Assembly: GCA_010015805.1 (NCBI GenBank)
Contig: ML978126.1
Coordinates: forward strand, 1,426,001-1,490,000
Reading direction: 5' to 3'
From: Rhizodiscina lignyota
Taxonomy: Eukaryota
Length of the DNA: 64,000 bases
In this document: one piece after another, positions 1 to 11,098 of the stretch
How the letters are laid out: the number at the start of each line of letters is the position of its first letter
How positions within the stretch are numbered: position 1 is the first letter of the stretch
Position numbers and translations under genes: made by a program
Notes under the pieces: model-generated
Told to the model about the DNA's origin: nothing
The model's input: the letters and a program-made list of their open reading frames with translations, nothing else
Database searches by the model: none

Positions 1-889
1 AGGATTCCTCAAAGACCCCAACTTTGCGGTTCTTGCAATCGGCGCAAAGGTGGAAAATACTCAGATCACTCTGCCGGAAGTTGCGGGCCATAAGTTTGGA
101 CTGCGTATTTACCGACCCGCGAGAGAAACCGCCGCGACTTTGCCAATCATGCTGTATTTTCATGGCGGCTACTGGTGTGCGGGCGATGCCAACTCCGAGG
201 ATTTTGGATGCCGAGCAATCGTGGCGCGTGGGACAGACATTATCATCCTGTCCTTCGAATACAGGCTCATTCCAGAAGTGAAATGGCACACGGTGTTCTC
301 CGATGCCGAGTATGCAATGAAATGGGCAGCTTTGAATGCGAGCTCGTACGGTGGCGATACCTCGAAAGGCTTTTTAATTGGAGGTGCAGACGCTGGAGCC
401 CATCTGGCTGCCATTTGCGCGGTTCGAGCTCGCGACAAGTATCCGAACATTAAACTCACTGGCCAAAACCTGATTGTGCCTACTTTTATGGTTTGGCCCG
501 ACGAAAAGATTCCAGAGTCATGGCGGAGCCGTCTCTCATCACATACTGAAAATGCCGATGCCCCTGTGCTCAACCAGAAGCTCTTCGAAATGTTCTTGTC
601 CGCGTTGAATGTGCCTGAGGACGAACAACGCAAGGGCGAGAATTTCCCAACGTGGGCGGACCTGAAGGGACTGCCTCCGGCCTACCTCCCAATGGATGAG
701 TGCGATCCAATCCGAGACCATGGGTTCTTGTACGCCGAGCTGCTTCGCGATGCAGGTGTCTTAACCAGGACGGATTACTACAGAGGCCTGCCAAACATGT
801 TTGTCCAATTCCCTGAGCTGCCCATGACTGCAATTGCGGGATTCCATCTCTCGGCCGCGATTAAGTGGCTGTTGCAGGAACGGAAATGA
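1..889 (+). CDS. Alpha/beta hydrolase (HSL/Abhydrolase_3 esterase family), 5'-truncated by window edge; catalytic Ser and His appear substituted
   Basis: Frame open from position 2. LYFHGGYW oxyanion motif, FEYRLIPE, GFLIGGADAGAHLAA elbow, LPPAYL..ECDPIRDHG, YRGLPNMF. Confidence 0.9.
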   Translation, partial: GFLKDPNFAVLAIGAKVENTQITLPEVAGHKFGLRIYRPARETAATLPIMLYFHGGYWCAGDANSEDFGCRAIVARGTDIIILSFEYRLIPEVKWHTVFSDAEYAMKWAALNASSYGGDTSKGFLIGGADAGAHLAAICAVRARDKYPNIKLTGQNLIVPTFMVWPDEKIPESWRSRLSSHTENADAPVLNQKLFEMFLSALNVPEDEQRKGENFPTWADLKGLPPAYLPMDECDPIRDHGFLYAELLRDAGVLTRTDYYRGLPNMFVQFPELPMTAIAGFHLSAAIKWLLQERK

Positions 890-1049
890 TGTTGAATTGA
901 GCTTATTGGTTCACTTGAAGAAGTAGTCCTGCCTATAGCACAATCAATGGATATCAAGGTTTTAGCTGGATATGAGATATTCCCTGTTTCACAGTCCCAC
1001 TTAGTTTGAATTAACTACCGAGACTGATTTCAGACAGGATTGCTCAGCC

Positions 1050-1823
1050 TTACGTCAACATCTTCTCAGCCTCACTCTTCAGTGCGGCCATTGCAGTGAA
1101 CTGTAGTGTCGGGCCTACACTAATTCTTGCTACACCAATCTCTGACAATTGAGCCACATTCAGGCCGTCCGGTGACAGCTTCATGGAGACGTTCAGCCGA
1201 CCGTCGAATTCTTTCACCATGCGTTCCACCTCTGCGCGGCTCACACCCCGCTTGGAGCCTCCCCAGACAAACACGGTCGTAGCACCAGCAGCGAGATATT
1301 GCTTTCCGCGGGTGATCACATCGTCCATGCATCCACCCTTGACCAAAGTATCACAACGCGCGTTCAAGGCGAAGTCTGGAACGCCCATCTTTTTTACCAC
1401 TTTCAGCACTCTCTCGATCCTGGCAACTGCTTCCTCGACTGAGTATTGCTTCCCTGTGTCCTTGTCGACATCTTCCATGTTGGCACCGGTGATACCGAGA
1501 TCCAGGAGTTTTGCAAAACCATCTTCAAGCTTGTCGCCGTAACCGTCCTGGAAGTCTACTGACAGTGGCTTATTGTGCTCAGTAGCCACTTTTGCGATGC
1601 CGCGAACACCGTTGAGATTTGTTTCCATATCCAGGTCGTCGTCTTCTAGGCCATATTCTCGCGCAACAGCATAGCTAGCAGTTGCTAGTGCTTTGCAAGA
1701 TGGAATTGATGCCAGAGTGCTCGCAGACAGAATATCCCAGACATTGGCGAAAACTACGGGTGAACCCGGCTTGTGGAGAGCTTTCAGCTCCTTTGCAGTG
1801 GCATTAAGCTTTGTTGAAGCCAT
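1050..1823 (-). CDS. Isocitrate lyase/PEP mutase superfamily enzyme
   Basis: Likely start MASTKL (ATG 1823). FANVWDILSA, ALATASYAVA, PLSVDFQDGYG, GANMED, FALNARCD, YLAAGATTVFVWG, GVARISVGP. Confidence 0.9.
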   Translation of the reverse strand: MASTKLNATAKELKALHKPGSPVVFANVWDILSASTLASIPSCKALATASYAVAREYGLEDDDLDMETNLNGVRGIAKVATEHNKPLSVDFQDGYGDKLEDGFAKLLDLGITGANMEDVDKDTGKQYSVEEAVARIERVLKVVKKMGVPDFALNARCDTLVKGGCMDDVITRGKQYLAAGATTVFVWGGSKRGVSRAEVERMVKEFDGRLNVSMKLSPDGLNVAQLSEIGVARISVGPTLQFTAMAALKSEAEKMLT

Positions 1824-2404
1824 TCTCGTGAGTTTGTGTGGAGGGCTAGTTGTTGTAGGTGAAGTCGAATGCTGATGTCTCTTCCGAGCTGCTGGGCTGC
1901 TGTTCTCCATCACTTTCTTGCACCGTTCATATACTCCGTCGTTTACATTGAGAAGTGTCCGAGTCACAGAGCGACAAAGTTCTCTGGGAGTGCCGAAGCA
2001 TCTCCAATTCCTAATCTCGGCATGCGTGGACTTTCCAATTGAAGAAAGTCTTCAAATCCTCTGTTGGCCAAGCTTTGGTCTGAATGGTGCAATCGAACTC
2101 CATGCGGACGCCCGCTTTGCTGCGGAGAAGAGACGCGCTTCCTTCGCTCCACACGCGTTCAAACTAAACCGCATTAGGAAAGAGTGGTTTGCCAATTGTC
2201 GGCATTCCGAGAAACTTCGAATTGCAGAATATTTCTCAATTCTCGGGATTCAAACAATTGACAAAGCATCTGTGGTGAACAATCGATCTAATTCAGCTTG
2301 AAAAATGGTATACATGAAGGCAGTCCCAGGCAAAATGTTACTTTGTCGACGGAGTTTTTACAATTGTCAGAGAAGAAGAGTAATCAGCCTTACCAAATCC
2401 AGTC

Positions 2405-3391
2405 ATGTCGGCTCCGAAGCGCGTTGAATTCCGAGCCATAGATGGGGTGACTCTACGCGGAGATTTATTCATGCCCGCTTCAAGCGGCAAGCTTCCAATC
2501 GTTGTAATGACTCAAGGCGTATGTACCTGCCAATGGCCACATTGAAAGCATCACCGGAGAGCCCCGCTGACAAAGTAACAGCTCACACTACTAAAGGAGC
2601 ATTACATTGCGGACTGGGCAAAACGATTCAATGCCGCCGGTTACGCCGCACTCATCTACGACCATCGAGGCTGGGGTTCAAGTGATGGCGAGCCTCGTAA
2701 TACCGTCAATCCCATGCAGCAGGCAGATGACTATCACGACGCGGTGATATTCGCAGGCAATCTTCCGGGAATTGACAAAAATAGAATTGCAATATGGGGC
2801 ATTGGCCATTCAGGCGGAGCGAGCATGATTGCCGCAGGCGACGATCCGAATATTAAGGCTGCCATCTTGGTCATGCCTTTCTTCTCAGGCGCATATGATG
2901 AGAAAAACTTCCCCGATGGCATGATGGACCGTGTTTGGGCGGAACGCGCGAGACGAGACTTGGATCCATCAGCAAGGCCAGAATACGTCACAGTCTGGGA
3001 CAACTCTGAAGAAGAGGCGAATGCCCCTGAGCGCGGACAAACGCTGCTGCACGCGCCGGCCGCCTTCAAGTTCATCAGCGGCGCCAAAGCTCTCTCAGAT
3101 GCGGCTGGGACGCCTTGGGAGAACAAGCTATTGCTCCAGAGTTTCTACTCCATCGCCAAAGTTGAGCCGCAGGACCACATATACAAGATTGCGCCATGCG
3201 CTGTATTGTATCTTGCCGCAGAAGAAGACGAGATTAGCGGACCACTTGAGATGCAAAAGGCCACATTCGCTCGTGCTAGAGAGCCAAAGCAGTTTGTGCA
3301 GCTCAAAGACCTCCATATTGAAAACTACAAAGACCATCTCTTCGATACTAATGCTGCAGCTCAGATTGAGTTCCTGAAGAAATATGTGTGA
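2405..3391 (+). CDS. Alpha/beta hydrolase (af380 polyketide-transferase / peptidase S15-like)
   Basis: Exon 1 MSAPKRVEFRAIDGVTLRGDLF..VVMTQG, intron ~2519-2581, then LTLLKEH..AGYAALIYDHRGWGSSDGEPRN..QQADDYHDA..WGIGHSGG. Confidence 0.88.
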
Positions 3392-3569
3392 AATGGCTGT
3401 GGCGACTATTGAACAGGCTGGAGGGGCAAAGACGTTGGACGAGAACGGTCCAGGTAGAGCATATATGGTAGATTCACGTTCCGCACACTTTATTTACTTA
3501 TATTAATTATAAGTACCAGGATCACCCCTGTCGTGTTTCTTATTGTTCAATCGTTTATCTCCACAGTGT

Positions 3570-3765
3570 CACCTATGAGAGGCGATTGCTCAGCACCAAA
3601 TTACCTAAATTGTGACTTTTTGCCTCATCAGGAAATGGAGTTGTTGTGTCGTACATGATTTATAAGTCATTTTTCTGTAGTGCTTCTTAATATCCATCAA
3701 TATCACGTTCTAGAGCAACCTATTCGTAGTGATTGCTCACCACTAAAATCACCTAAATTGTCACA
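3570..3765. repeat. Imperfect direct repeat pair (~35-50 bp)
   Basis: GATTGCTCAGCACCAAATTACCTAAATTGTGAC (~3584) vs GATTGCTCACCACTAAAATCACCTAAATTGTCAC (~3731); both preceded by ACCTAT. Confidence 0.7.
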
Positions 3766-4020
3766 TCCTTCGAGCTATCATGTCATTTCTGACTACCTGG
3801 TGTGACGAACCGCTTTGTGATCTACAGTCCACGCTTTTCTACTAAGCTAAAAGCTTCTTTTTGCACTGCAGAGACAAAAAAGCTTGACTTCTGAGGAAAC
3901 ACAGGAGAACACGATATTGTATACCGTCAGGGATAGATCATGGGATAAAAAGCCCTTTCATTCTCCCTACTTTGATCTCTATCAATCAGTTCACACTCCC
4001 ATCACTTCCGTTCTCTCAAG

Positions 4021-4550
4021 ATGAAGACTTCCGCAATCATTTCTTCGGCTTATCTCTTGTTACTGGGGTTTTTGGCCAGTCAGAGACAATCTACCTCGCG
4101 AACTGTGTGAATGGCGGTAAGGACAGCTCTGAGATCGATTAGTACATTCCATCCATTGCCCCTTTTTGAGAACCGACGTATTGACTCACGTGTAGCTACC
4201 CAGCTGGTTCCGACTCACAGAAAGGTGAGCGGCCCAGCTCCAGCAACCACTGCCAGGTCACCAATGGTGCCTATAAAAATTGGGAGGGTAGTGCTGTGAC
4301 GTGCAAGTTTCCCACTGGTGTCACGGTCACCACCAATATCTTAGCCAATGCTCAGAGCCTGGCCCTTTACTCCAAGGTCGGCACGGCCAGTAATGGGTTT
4401 AAGACTTTCAATTGCTTCAAAGACAACAAGAGAACTTTGTACACCAATTGTCTCAGCATCTATTGGTGTAATCCGGTGAGTCGAATAACGTACATCTGTT
4501 ATCAAGCGTAGCAGATGATGGACCAGGTGGTTGACTTTGCGCAGCAGTAA
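4021..4550 (+). pseudogene. Small secreted cysteine-rich protein with a 1-bp frameshift in the signal peptide (pseudogene or sequence error)
   Basis: One extra T at ~4040 gives MKTSAIIFFGLSLVTGVFGQSETIYLANCVNGGKDSSEID, intron ~4142-4195, then YYPAGSDSQ..HCQVT..WEGSAVTCKFPTGV..FNCFKDNK..CLSIYWCNP; 6 Cys; probable last intron ~4476-4544. Confidence 0.7.
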
Positions 4551-4779
4551 CTCTCGCAGCATGGATGGATGTTGGCTTGGTTGATATGCTTGTGCTTCTA
4601 GGATGTCTGAATGGACGTTGATGATTACACGTTGATGGACTAAATTTGATGCGAGTATCTCAACATGCTCAGGAGTGTCAATAGTCACACCTTTATCAGA
4701 AGGTATGAAATGAAACAAATAATGTGACCCCATCAAAGTTGTCTAGATCAAATGCAAGGTCTCTAGTGAATGCTCGACT

Positions 4780-5210
4780 TGAAATGCCTTTTCATCCATG
4801 AACTTTCTGAGCCGAGAATGAAATCGCGTTGCGCGGAGGGACGACTTCTTGGACAGTTTATATCCGAGTCCACCAAGGGGAGCGTAAAAATGTCCTGTAA
4901 GACTTTAAGTAGGCTTGCTGCTGGGATTCGAGTAGTTCGGATGAGAACGCAGGAATGTTTATAAGATGAATAGCAGTCCCATCTTGATCGGATAGGGTAG
5001 GAGTATGGATTTCTCTGACACAATGGAATGCGTGACAATTTGGGCGAACGACTGAGTCTGTCACTTTTTGTTCTTCGTTTGGCTGAGCTCGGTGATATAT
5101 TTGAAACTTCACCGAGATACATAATCGCTTCGGTACAGCCACCAAATATGTCACACATCATTCCAACTTGATGGCCTCGTTCCTCATTGTCGAGTTGATT
5201 AATATATATA
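4780..5210 (-). pseudogene. HET (heterokaryon incompatibility) domain relic
   Basis: IYINQLDNEERGHQVGMMCDIFGGCTEAIMYLGE and, in another frame, FLRSPWWTRI*TVQEVV; both match hallmark HET motifs, with a frameshift and a stop. Confidence 0.8.
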
Positions 5211-5470
5211 GGACCCTGACATGAGCGCCGCCACTAAAGTTTATCTTATAGCAGCCATTTCCACCAGTCCCATTTTGCACGTAAAGAGACATGACAACAC
5301 ATAATCGCCGACTTAGTCTCTTATAACTCCTGCTAGTGCTGTGGCTGGTGGCCGTCCTTCGCTACCGAGTCAAAAGCAGCTCGGGTTACAATGCGTCAGC
5401 ATTGCCGTGTTGGGCTTCTCATGATTGCTGAGCCGTGGTCATGCGCAAGGGGTGCCCGGCGCTTAGTTGC

Positions 5471-7212
5471 TTACGCCAAACTCTTCGTCCCATGTGTGGA
5501 CTGTGTGAGAAGAAGCAAGTCTCCAATGAATTGCCTGAGTATAAATGCCTGTCTAATTCCCAGCCTCTTGTCAATGAGTTCCAGCGTTTTGGGCAACCAG
5601 GCCCGAACTAGCTCCAAAAACGCATCTGCTGCGCAAACTAGCCCTTGTATAAGTCCAAGTAGGCTGAAAACTCCAGAAGGTTTCGGTATAAGCAAGCTAC
5701 TGTAGTCCAAAGTCTCTGATTCGTGAAAGCCGAGCTGATAAGGGATGCTGGCGCACATGTCCAAGCACATATGGACAAGAATGGTACGAGATCGTTTGCG
5801 TTGTAGGCCATATCCTGCTGTTGCTGTTGGAATGGCTGGAGAAACCGAAGAAGGAAAGTTGTTTAGACAGTGAAGTACAGTCTGGTGGACCATGATGCGG
5901 CAGAATCGGTAATAACCCCATATGCAAGCAAACCATGGATTGCCATAGACATGATACTTGGTTCCGTAGCATTCGTGCGGTTCCTTCAGCGTGGATGTGC
6001 TGTAGGTCCATACCCCAGGAAGCCCCACAACCCATGACGATAGATCATTGTCAAAGCCGATACAGGCTGAGATAATATTGGTGGGGTTTTTTGCGCCGTT
6101 ATTTGAGCAAGACGCATGGAGCTCCGTAATTCTGCAGATGATGTTGAACAGTAGGTACGCAGGTAGCACATCCGTGTCCGATTGCAGTTTTTGGGAATTT
6201 TGAATCCATTCAATGATGGCTTGAGGTACACGTATCCTTCTAATGATGCAGCCCACAACCTAGTAGCCACGGGTGAGTATACTGCAAGAGCCAAGACATG
6301 GGAGAAGTCTTTCCGTATAAGAACGTACAATTAAATAGCAGACCTGCAGGAGGCCTCTTATATGGGTAGTATTTTTCCAAGCACCCAAATTTTGAAGCTC
6401 TAGGAGAGCAGTAACGCCCTCGATGTGACCCACCCACGAGTTCATTGTTTGAGCAGTCTGACAGGTGATCATCTGCCAAAGTGTTAGCTATCAAGGGCGA
6501 TCCATAAACCTACGTCATTAGTTCGATACCTTACCTCGAACATCAGAAGTATGAAAGATGTTGCAATTGTCTGCGTTTTGGAGGCTCTCATAGGATTCGA
6601 GAGTGAGACCTGGATTGAGCGGAGCGAGGAGCCATATTTAGACCTCGCAAGTACCATAAGACTTGAGTCCCCATTGCTGTTTGCTAGACCTGCCAGACCT
6701 ACGGCGGTAAGCGTCGCCATGTCGCACGCTGGATCCTCGAGACGACTTCTCTTCGAATGCTGACATGGCGGACCGACTATGGCGTAGTGTCTAAAGAAGA
6801 AAGTCTGTGCTACTGTTTCGATCGGCGTTGAAAGCTCACGGAGTCGCGATAACTGTACCTGGCGTACTCGCCCAGGAGCCGAGAGCAACTCTCTCGATTC
6901 TCTTTGTGTTCGGCCGCAAGAAGTGTTACCAGTGCCTAATTCACTCTGCGCCTGTTGAGCAAGAGCTTTGCGGACGACGATCTCGGTTTGGTCTGCGACT
7001 ATCAGATCGTTTTTGCTCCTGAATCCCGAGCAAACAAGCCCGGCTCTTGCGCATTGATTGCATCTAGTCTTTGACCCATTGCACTGATGCCCTTGTCAGT
7101 ATGTCAAAATCCCACACTACGGCATCTGTCTGGAGTAGAAATAAAGGCATCGTACTTTGATCCTTCGAGATCGACAATTGCGACAGCCTGTGCTTCTGCG
7201 ATGTACAAGCAT
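5471..7212 (-). CDS. Zn2Cys6 transcription factor
   Basis: MLVHRRSTGCRNCRSRRIK | intron | CNGSKTRCNQCARAGLVC; later exons AVGLAGLAN..ARSKYGSSL..LLMFE, WVGHIEG, YHVY..WGYYRFCRI..CASIPYQLG. Confidence 0.88.
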
Positions 7213-7789
7213 CTTCGAGTAAGGTATCTTGATCAAGATAGGGTGATTAATTAAAATCTGGAGTTAGGAAGTACGCTAGGTGAGTGTAATCCTCGTGACT
7301 GGTTAATCGAGAGGTTGGGCAATAAATGTTCGACGATCGGGATGGACTTGTTGCTTGGTTTCAATTACAAGGGTACGGTACGGACTTAACCGGAGAATGG
7401 AATTACGAAGAGAATCGTATTAACTAAGCGGACCGTTTTCAGCTTAGCGCAGGTAGAGGTAGGTGTTAGTGCTTAGTCATCGATTTTTCGATTCCTAGAA
7501 ACATCGCGAATGATCGCGTACATAGCTAGTGAGCGAACAACACAGGTTTTTAGCCAGTTTTAGCTTTATGCCTTTCAATTCTTGAATCTACGTTTTAGAT
7601 CACTGTCTATGAGCTTTTCCTGCCTTCTGATTGGCCTGGATCCGCTGCATATTCGAGGTTTGAGCACGTGTCATTTCACGAGTGCACGATACCTTATTCC
7701 ATTCTGCGCACGAATCTGACTACCATGCCAACACGAAACAGAGCCATATCCTCATCCTCTTCCACTATGCTCTAAAACGGTGACTAACT

Positions 7790-8351
7790 TTAGGATGCGA
7801 ACGTCGACTTGCCATTAGCCACGTTGACGACCTTCCCATCCTGGACATATGTCTCAACCCATCCAACCGTGAGCTGCATCGCCCCATGCTCAAACATGTA
7901 CCCTTCATCAGGTTGCATCTTCTCCGGGTACTCAGGGTCTTGGGTCGCTTTAATGAGATCGTCGACGCTTCGAACCATGAATTCGACGTGCGCGTCGAAG
8001 TCGGCCACTTTTGCGCCTGCATACTCCGCGAGTCCGGCTGCCAACTGTCTCGTCTCAGGAGGTGTATGGTACTACCAGGGATATTCAGTCAGACAGTCAC
8101 AACTCTGGACTGGCATGGGCGGATTCTCCAAACAGCCACCAAGCTTGATCTTAAAGAGAACACGAAGGAAAACATCTGTTCATGAAACGCAAACGTACCT
8201 GCGTATATCCGATTATACCATTGCGAGCCAGCCAGCCAGAAGCGATTGGAGCGTGGTGTTCGGTCCAATGCTTCTGGAATTCAGCATCGGAGAGTTTGGG
8301 GTTCTTGCGCTGCAAGATAGTCAATCGGAGCAGTCTGTCCTTGGTGGCCAT
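7790..8351 (-). CDS. EthD-domain protein (dimeric alpha/beta barrel)
   Basis: MATKDRLLRLTILQRKNPKLSDAEFQKHWTEHHAP..GYTQ | intron ~8198-8074 | YHTP..DFDAHVEF..DPEY..PDEGYMF..TVGWVETYVQDGKVV. Confidence 0.9.
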
Positions 8352-8552
8352 GTTGTCTTGAAACAATGAAGGGTACCGTGGCAAATGCTTCTTAGTGTGC
8401 GCGTCTGCGTGAGTCTGAGAGTATTAGTTTATGAAGGGAAGGTGATGTCAATAGAAAGGGAGAGTCGCTCAGACTATATAAAGTGTTTGGAGCAAACATA
8501 CCGCACAAAACTTGAAACCTGTGAACCCTCCGCATATCGACGATGACCTTCG

Positions 8553-8695
8553 TTATTAATCAAGAATAGACTATTTCACGAATTAATTTCTATTCTAGGG
8601 AAATATGTCGGGCAGCGCAATACTTTGAGATCTGCGGCCTGGATTGTTAATCAAGAACAGACTATTTCCCGAATCAATTTCCATTCTAGGGATAG
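8553..8695. repeat. ~50-bp direct repeat pair in the EthD/reductase divergent promoter
   Basis: TTATTAATCAAGAATAGACTATTTCACGAATTAATTTCTATTCTAGGGA vs TTGTTAATCAAGAACAGACTATTTCCCGAATCAATTTCCATTCTAGGGA. Confidence 0.9.
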
Positions 8696-9125
8696 ATTAA
8701 AGTGTTGCGTAAAGTTTTTTGATATTTTTGATGAACTGTTTCATGTTTTCGGGGGTTCTGAATGATATCTCCGAAATTCTAGGAAATTCTTGGAAGAGCA
8801 AGTTGGATCTATATGCATCGGTCAGCAGCACTAATTCACGAAGAAATTGCCATTTTGAGCTTAGTGGAAACTCTCCAAGACCTAAACTCCACTTTTGGTT
8901 GATATTGGCTCGTACTACAGATTAAACGCTAAATCGCCATCTGGGTCGATTAGAATTAGTAATTCTACTGGCTGTACAGTACGAGCATGCCTGTCGATGA
9001 TTCATTGGCCCACGATATTCCATGTGCTGGTATTTCCTCTAGATGAGTTTTAAGATATGGCAAGATCGCTCAATTTGTTCTCCATTTACGAAATCTACCA
9101 AAAAGCCTTCATTCATTGTTATACT

Positions 9126-10510
9126 ATGTCTATGGCTTCTATCGTGTCTCTTCGCTATCATGCCGTCAAACAGGGCGGACCGTTTGAATTGGTTGAAGTC
9201 GAACGTCCTACTCCCGGACCTACGGAGCTCTTGATCAACATCAGGGCCGTGGCACTAAATGCTGTCGACTGGAAACAGCTGTAAGCCGATCGTCTCTCAG
9301 CAGCTTGAAGGGAGACAGCGAAAGCTAGATCAAACTGACGCTGGTACATTACACAGAGAAACTGGTCACGCCGTGGTTTCCTGGCCCGCCACGTTTGGAA
9401 ACGATGGCGCCGGAGTCGTCGAAGCTGTCGGAACAGGCGTTGATGGTTTTAAGAGGGGAGACGAAGTGTTGGCCCGCTTCGATCCGGTGAACACTGCATC
9501 AGCGGCCTTCCAAGTGAGTTGCATTATTGTTCGATGTCACTGAGAATAAAAATGCTTCAAGCACCAAGCGTGGATTTGCTGAACAATAGAGGGTTGGGCA
9601 CAGAATTTTGCCGTTATAAGCGTCAACAATGTCGCTCCAAAGCCTAGTCACATGTCGTTTGAGGAAGCTGCTTCCATACCGTGCGTTCCTTCTCCGTTCT
9701 CTTTCTCTTCCCTCTTCGAGAGATACAATAGACGGAGAAAAGTTAATCAGTAACATTAAAGATAGGCTAGGCTATATGACCGCATCTTCAGCACTCTACT
9801 GGGCGTTGGAAATAGCATTCCCCTTTCTCAAAAATGGGCGAGGGGCCGGATATGAACCGAAATCAGTCCTGGTGAGTCATTTTGTCGAGTATGGACAATG
9901 CTAAACTTTAACTTTCCATGTTTCAATTCCATCGTGGTCGATAACTTGCTTACCTCTCTGATCGTCTACCACTTAGGTCCTCGGGGGGAGCTCCTCGGTC
10001 GGCTCGGCCACTATCCAGCTTCTCCGTCTTGCCCTGCCTAACATCGTGCTCATCTCTACGAGCTCGCCGCGTCATCATGCTCATCTTCGGTCTCTTGGCG
10101 CCACTACGACATTTGACTACACAGCTCCTGATATTGTCCACCAGATCAAGCGTACCTCTCTAGGCGGCCAGGGAGTCGAAGCTATTATTGACGCTGTCAA
10201 CGGCATCTATACCCGTCCAGAGCTTCTGGAAACGCTGACTGGGCCTAAGCACTTTGCTGAAGTGGTTACTGGCCAGATGGCACGGGAAATTCCAGCCGAC
10301 GTCCAGCATACGCTGGTGTTTGGACGGAAAGTGATGACTGCTCCCGGTGGTAGCGGCATCTTCTCTGCATTGGGAGAGCTTCTGACAAATGGAAGGTACA
10401 AAATTCCGCTGCCTGTCACAGTTCTTGGCGAAGGTTTGGAGTTAATCGAGCCCGGTTTGCGGAAGTTAAGGGCAGGTGTCTCTGGGACGAAGCTTGTGGT
10501 CAAACTGTAG
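9126..10510 (+). CDS. GroES-like MDR oxidoreductase, trans-enoyl-reductase-like
   Basis: RPTPGPTELLINIRAVALNAVDWK, PATFGNDGAGVVEAVG..FKRGDEV, SFEEAASI, VLGGSSSVGSATIQL, LRSLGA..FDY, GVSGTKLVVKL; several introns. Confidence 0.9.
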
Positions 10511-11098
10511 AATTTTGATGGTTTGACTTACACTAAGGCGATTCATGGTCGGTCCATGAAGTAAACAAATGTGGAAAACGCCCCTCGTAGGTTTGTTGTG
10601 GTCAAGAAGGAAAACTGTGAAAAGGCGGTGGAGTTTAGCAGGCTAATTTACTTTATCTCTTCGGGAGTGCAAGGCTGGGTTGAGGCTGAGCCTGCATGAC
10701 AGCCTGCAGCCGAGATGCATACTCAGCCACAGAGAGTTACATTGTGCTGCCTGACTTTTCCACTTAAACTTGTGAGAGAGATGTTCCTTCACTCCCTGTA
10801 AAACCTTCTCTGCACCTATGAGTGTGCTTGTCTCGCGCGTGCGTAGGCACCTTTCTGAGGCGTGCGGCCTGTTGCTAGCCTTACAGGACACGAAAGGCTT
10901 GCGAAACCCCGGGCCTCTTATCCGTTTCTAGAGAACTGCTGCCTGAACCTGCATGAGAGTTTGTCAGGGCCTTGATCAGTCAGCCCTCCGCACCTACACT
11001 GATTGAATCAAACGCGTAGTGTGGGCCTCACTTAGTATAATCACGGCATCTAACACACCTGTTTAATCGACGAAAAGAGGTTTATTGATGAGACCATA

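Noticed and set aside
1050..1823. True PEP mutase marking phosphonate biosynthesis
   Set aside because: Lacks the EDKxxxxxNS signature (has EDVDKDTG) and no phosphonopyruvate-processing gene is seen.
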